Below, piece by piece: positions 33,285 to 36,398 of a stretch of DNA of 36,398 nt (position 1 is its first letter; the number at the start of each line of letters is the position of its first letter). Both the position numbers and the translations under genes were made by a program. Source of the DNA: an uncultured Dehalococcoidaceae bacterium (lineage in GTDB: Bacteria; Chloroflexota; Dehalococcoidia; Dehalococcoidales; RBG-16-60-22); the NCBI GenBank assembly GCA_964460815.1, contig CAYWRT010000005.1, positions 1 through 36,398 on the forward strand, in the 5' to 3' direction. The notes under the pieces were generated by a model. That model searched no databases, was not told the origin of the DNA, and worked only from the letters and a program-made list of their open reading frames with translations.

Positions 33285-34338
33285 CCGCTACCATTCGGGT
33301 ATCCAGCGCTGCCTCCGCAATCAGCTCATCAGCCTTCAATGACTGCTTTACCCGGCGCCCTATATATTTATCAGCGTGACGCGGGTCCAGGCCGCCTCCG
33401 GGCCGCTTGAAAGTGATATCCGATGCTTCCAGTAGCTTCCCGGCGGGTACATCCCGTTCCGCCACGATACTGCGCCGCATAAAGGAGCGGTCCTTGATTT
33501 CCTCAATGCTGATGGTCTTGTCAGCCCCCCGGGCCGCGTTCGCATACCGGACACAGGTACTGGCTCGCTTCCAGGCTTCGGGGTCGAGGCAGACCTGCCA
33601 GTCGGGTCCCCGCCAGCCTGGCTCTGGAGAGAGATGCTTGGTGACAACCGCCGCTCCCCGGCTGGCGGCGATAGCCGGCATAATCTCGCTATCGGTATGG
33701 TCAACAAAACCAACCGGAACGCCGTACCTTTTTTCCAGCATTGAAATGCAGTCCAGCTGAGTATATTCAACCGGTACTCCGGCTTCATGCTGAGAAGCCA
33801 TAATATGCTGCCCGTGCAGAAGGGCGAAGTCACCGGCGCCACGAGCGTGTAAACGGGAAACAGCCCAGTCAATCTCTTCAATGGTTCCCATTAGAGTTGC
33901 CACCAGAAAGGGCCGGCCGCAGACGGCCAGGGCGTCAAGCATACGGGGATTATTAAGGTCCGTGGCGTTCAGAACCAGGGTGTCCGCACCCGTCGTGACC
34001 ACGGCATCAATGAGTTTATCGCTCAGGCAGGCGGCCTGAAAAAACAGGCCCCTGTTATGCGTTGCCGAGATAAGTTCCTTAATGTCAGCCGGTTTGAACT
34101 CTCGCTTTTTATAGAGGTGGAAGTCCTGGTGGCTGCGAATATACAAATCGGAGGCGATGCTCAGCTGAAACTCGATGCCATCGGCGCCACAATCCGCCGC
34201 CAGGTCTATCATCCTGATGGCAAACTTAAAGTCACCCTCATTGGCCTGTCCCTCTTCGGCGACCAGCAGGGTGGGGTCCTGCCGGCTGCACCGGTGAGTG
34301 CCTATCCGCAAAGAAGGTATAATATTATAATCTGTCAT
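33265..34338 (-). CDS. Second, divergent NeuB-family synthase with SAF domain
   Basis: LVAEEGQANEGDFKFAIRMIDLAADCGADGIEFQ replaces the canonical AEIGxNHxG...KFQ block. GFVDHT and VTKHLS (the His-containing boxes) are retained. The C-terminal SAF-like segment is RRSIVAERDVPAGKLLEASDITFKRPGGGL. Confidence 0.85.
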   Translation of the reverse strand: MTDYNIIPSLRIGTHRCSRQDPTLLVAEEGQANEGDFKFAIRMIDLAADCGADGIEFQLSIASDLYIRSHQDFHLYKKREFKPADIKELISATHNRGLFFQAACLSDKLIDAVVTTGADTLVLNATDLNNPRMLDALAVCGRPFLVATLMGTIEEIDWAVSRLHARGAGDFALLHGQHIMASQHEAGVPVEYTQLDCISMLEKRYGVPVGFVDHTDSEIMPAIAASRGAAVVTKHLSPEPGWRGPDWQVCLDPEAWKRASTCVRYANAARGADKTISIEEIKDRSFMRRSIVAERDVPAGKLLEASDITFKRPGGGLDPRHADKYIGRRVKQSLKADELIAEAALDTRMVADDEARK

Positions 34339-34388
34339 TTTTCATATCACAGATATGATGGATTCCTTCAAATCTTTTCATTTATTTC

Positions 34389-35465
34389 TTACACGGTGGA
34401 GATGATACCGGGCGTAATATCCCGGAAATTGGCAGCGTTTATCAACTCTAAAACTCGTGCCCCTGCCCGCAGGTCCAGGTCAAACTCCACATCCCGGTTC
34501 CGAACTCGCTCGAAGAAATACGACATCTCGGCCAGATAGCGATGGTTCGCTTCAAAATCGTACCTGATTATTTCCGGCTCAGGGTCGTACTGGACGCCGT
34601 CCTCCAGAACCCTGATGCCGCCGGTTATTTCGGAAGGGGGAGGGACATCAGGAGTAAAGCGCTTGTCTCTAACTCGCCACAGCTTCAAAAGACTCCTGGA
34701 GAAATCAGCCTCTATGTGCCCCTCGCTGCCCGACAGCACCATATCATTACGGGGTAAACGGCTTAAAAAATCGCTGATGCCGGTGATAATTACGCCCTTC
34801 TTGGTGCGCAGGAGACAAAAAGCACTGTCCTCAACATCAATTGACAGGGAACTCAGCCGGGCTTTCCAGCCGATAATCTCGTCTATTTCACCGAACAGCC
34901 ATCGAAACGTGTCAAAATTATGGCTGAAGTTCGTGAGGACGACACCTCCCCCTAACGCCCGGCGCGCCGAATACTCGCGGCGGTAGTCTTGGTGATAATG
35001 CCAGTCTGGCAAATACCAGCCATTACTGGAGTAAACATGGTACAGCTCCCCGATGGCACCTTCATTCAGGAGCCTCTGTAGTGTCAGGAAGCCTTCATGA
35101 AACCGGAAGCTCTGGGCCATCATTGCCGTCAGGCGGTTCCGGTGAACCACCTTTTGCAGTGAGTCAATACCCTCAAGTGAGCGCGCCAACGGTTTTTCTA
35201 TCAGCAGGTGAATCCCCCGTCTGGCCAGCTGCGTTGCCATTTCTGTGTGCCGGGATGAAGGCGTTGCCACCACAGCGGCATCAGCACCGGCTTTATCGGC
35301 GGCCACCAGATAGTCTGTGTAGCCTGGAACCTCGCCCAGCTCGGCGCACAGGTCCTTCATCAGGGACGGCTCGAGGTCGCAGAGCGTTATCTCAGCCCCC
35401 AGCGTTCTGGCATTTCTGGCATGACGACGACCTATGGAGCCACAACCAATGATTAGCAGTTTCAT
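34389..35465 (-). CDS. Gfo/Idh/MocA-family NAD(P)-dependent oxidoreductase
   Basis: The N-terminal Rossmann motif is MKLLIIGCGSIGRRHARN, followed by ...VATPSSRHTEMATQLARRGIHLLIEKP. Confidence 0.9.
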   Translation of the reverse strand: MKLLIIGCGSIGRRHARNARTLGAEITLCDLEPSLMKDLCAELGEVPGYTDYLVAADKAGADAAVVATPSSRHTEMATQLARRGIHLLIEKPLARSLEGIDSLQKVVHRNRLTAMMAQSFRFHEGFLTLQRLLNEGAIGELYHVYSSNGWYLPDWHYHQDYRREYSARRALGGGVVLTNFSHNFDTFRWLFGEIDEIIGWKARLSSLSIDVEDSAFCLLRTKKGVIITGISDFLSRLPRNDMVLSGSEGHIEADFSRSLLKLWRVRDKRFTPDVPPPSEITGGIRVLEDGVQYDPEPEIIRYDFEANHRYLAEMSYFFERVRNRDVEFDLDLRAGARVLELINAANFRDITPGIISTV

Positions 35466-35536
35466 ACGGTTTCTTCCCGGTAAAAACTCTAATTATATGT
35501 TTTTAAAATACGCATAAGACAAGCTTTGTTAGAAGG

Positions 35537-36398
35537 TTATTCTATACCTCGATTAGTCCCCAGCTCCCTGTTTAACCTTCTGACCACCTTTTCGCAATCA
35601 ATATCTTTAGAAGGCGGCTCCTGTTCCCAGATGGGGTTTTTCAATACCCACCCGCCTTTTCCGTTTTTCTCCCACATATCGCCTCTATATCTTTCCACTA
35701 TTACCCAGAACTCATCCACAGGTAACTCAATATAATCGCAATAGGCCCTTACAAAACTGTCGGCGCAGCGTCCATCAAACTCCCTGACAAGGGCGATGGC
35801 TTCTTCACGGGTGATTTTCCCGGTTCTTATATCAAAACTGGCCATGTCCGTGGCCGCGCCGTAGCCGAATTTGATGTATTTTATCATTCCATTGACGATA
35901 TTCAGGTCGGAGTCTATGGCACTGAAACGGTCATATCTGCCGATGTCATATAGACCTTCAATTCTCGTTCTCAGTCCCTTACTTATGGCAAATTTAGCGT
36001 TCCCAAAGGTACTCCACTCCCGAAGATAATAGCTTAAATAAATAGCCCGGATACCGGAAAGCCTTATTTCCCCTTCAGATGGATACTGATACGGCAGGAT
36101 ATCTTTCAATCCAATTCCATCACCAGCCAAATCTCTGGCCTGACCGCCGCGAACAGTATTACTGTTGGCAAAACCAAGAGCGCTGCCCCCATAGTCACGC
36201 TTACTGGTAAATTCTGTCGGCTCTCCCATCTCCAATGCCGAATTTTCTCCATGTATAACCAGGGGAATTTTAAAATTGATAGCTACCCTTATTGGAATAG
36301 CGGCAATTGTGTATTCAGAAGGTATTTGCGGATTGCCACGGTTCACCAGCGCCCTTCTAACGAGCTCTTTATAAACCAGTGGATTGGCGTAGTATTTA
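35537..36398 (-). CDS. N-acetyl-sugar amidotransferase (PseA/WbuX-type), 5'-truncated by the window end
   Basis: The C-terminal region ...YDRFSAIDSDLNIVNGMIKYIKFGYGAATDMASFDIRTGKITREEAIALVREFDG... fits the LPS/flagellin-sugar amidotransferase family. The frame stays open upstream of the track's GTG (36346) to the last base of the window. Confidence 0.75.
   Translation of the reverse strand, partial: KYYANPLVYKELVRRALVNRGNPQIPSEYTIAAIPIRVAINFKIPLVIHGENSALEMGEPTEFTSKRDYGGSALGFANSNTVRGGQARDLAGDGIGLKDILPYQYPSEGEIRLSGIRAIYLSYYLREWSTFGNAKFAISKGLRTRIEGLYDIGRYDRFSAIDSDLNIVNGMIKYIKFGYGAATDMASFDIRTGKITREEAIALVREFDGRCADSFVRAYCDYIELPVDEFWVIVERYRGDMWEKNGKGGWVLKNPIWEQEPPSKDIDCEKVVRRLNRELGTNRGIE

Noticed and set aside
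33360-34539. Alternative-frame ORFs inside the GC-rich second NeuB gene and the oxidoreductase gene (33360-33881 -, 33407-33760 +, 34057-34539 +, 34615-34986 +, 35081-35452 +).
   Set aside because: These are typical long shadow ORFs of GC-rich coding DNA. Their translations are Arg/Pro/Ser-rich, and the overlapping frames have unambiguous family signatures.
1-36398. Search for tRNA, rRNA, tmRNA, RNase P and known riboswitch cores in all intergenic gaps.
   Set aside because: I could not spot a T-loop GGTTCGAATCC-type motif, a cloverleaf or a recognisable conserved riboswitch core by eye. Absence is not proven without Infernal or tRNAscan.

Overview
This is a 36.4-kb bacterial chromosomal window that is almost fully coding. 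I recognised no rRNA, tRNA, CRISPR array, transposase or integrase. All calls come from reading the sequence and ORF translations by hand; no searches were run, and domain boundaries are approximate.

- **Left third (1-14.6 kb), metabolism:** a partial GNAT, a family-III CoA-transferase and a HIT hydrolase.
- **Left third, first signalling operon (minus strand):** an 81-aa ORF, a REC-only protein, a soluble ~1279-aa histidine kinase with 8 PAS domains, and an overlapping CheY-like REC.
- **Left third, second signalling cassette:** an OmpR-type regulator and a MEDS/GAF-like/3xPAS kinase, plus an excisionase-type HTH gene.
- **Left third, remainder:** an MBL-fold hydrolase, a tandem-USP protein and a degenerate (pseudo) receiver.
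- **Middle (14.7-18.7 kb):** three tandem paralogous OFA-type MFS transporters with duplicated promoter and leader.
- **Right half (19.3-36.4 kb), plus-strand genes:** a surface-glycan island starting with DUF1616, a ~12-TM GT-C-like membrane protein, a methyltransferase and a Wzx flippase.
- **Right half, minus-strand operon:** a long operon for a nonulosonic-acid (pseudaminic/legionaminic-like) sugar. It holds WbqC, a second methyltransferase, two NeuB-family synthases, a PseG-like enzyme, an SpsF-type cytidylyltransferase, a class-III aminotransferase, NeuD/PglD-type and GNAT acetyltransferases, a Gfo/Idh/MocA oxidoreductase, a PseA/WbuX-type amidotransferase cut by the window end, and two proteins I cannot assign.

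The most unusual signal is a C-rich ~60-95-nt repeat family that I do not recognise. It has 7 copies in two palindromic clusters (7231-7615 and 12187-12464), and these bracket the second two-component cassette.
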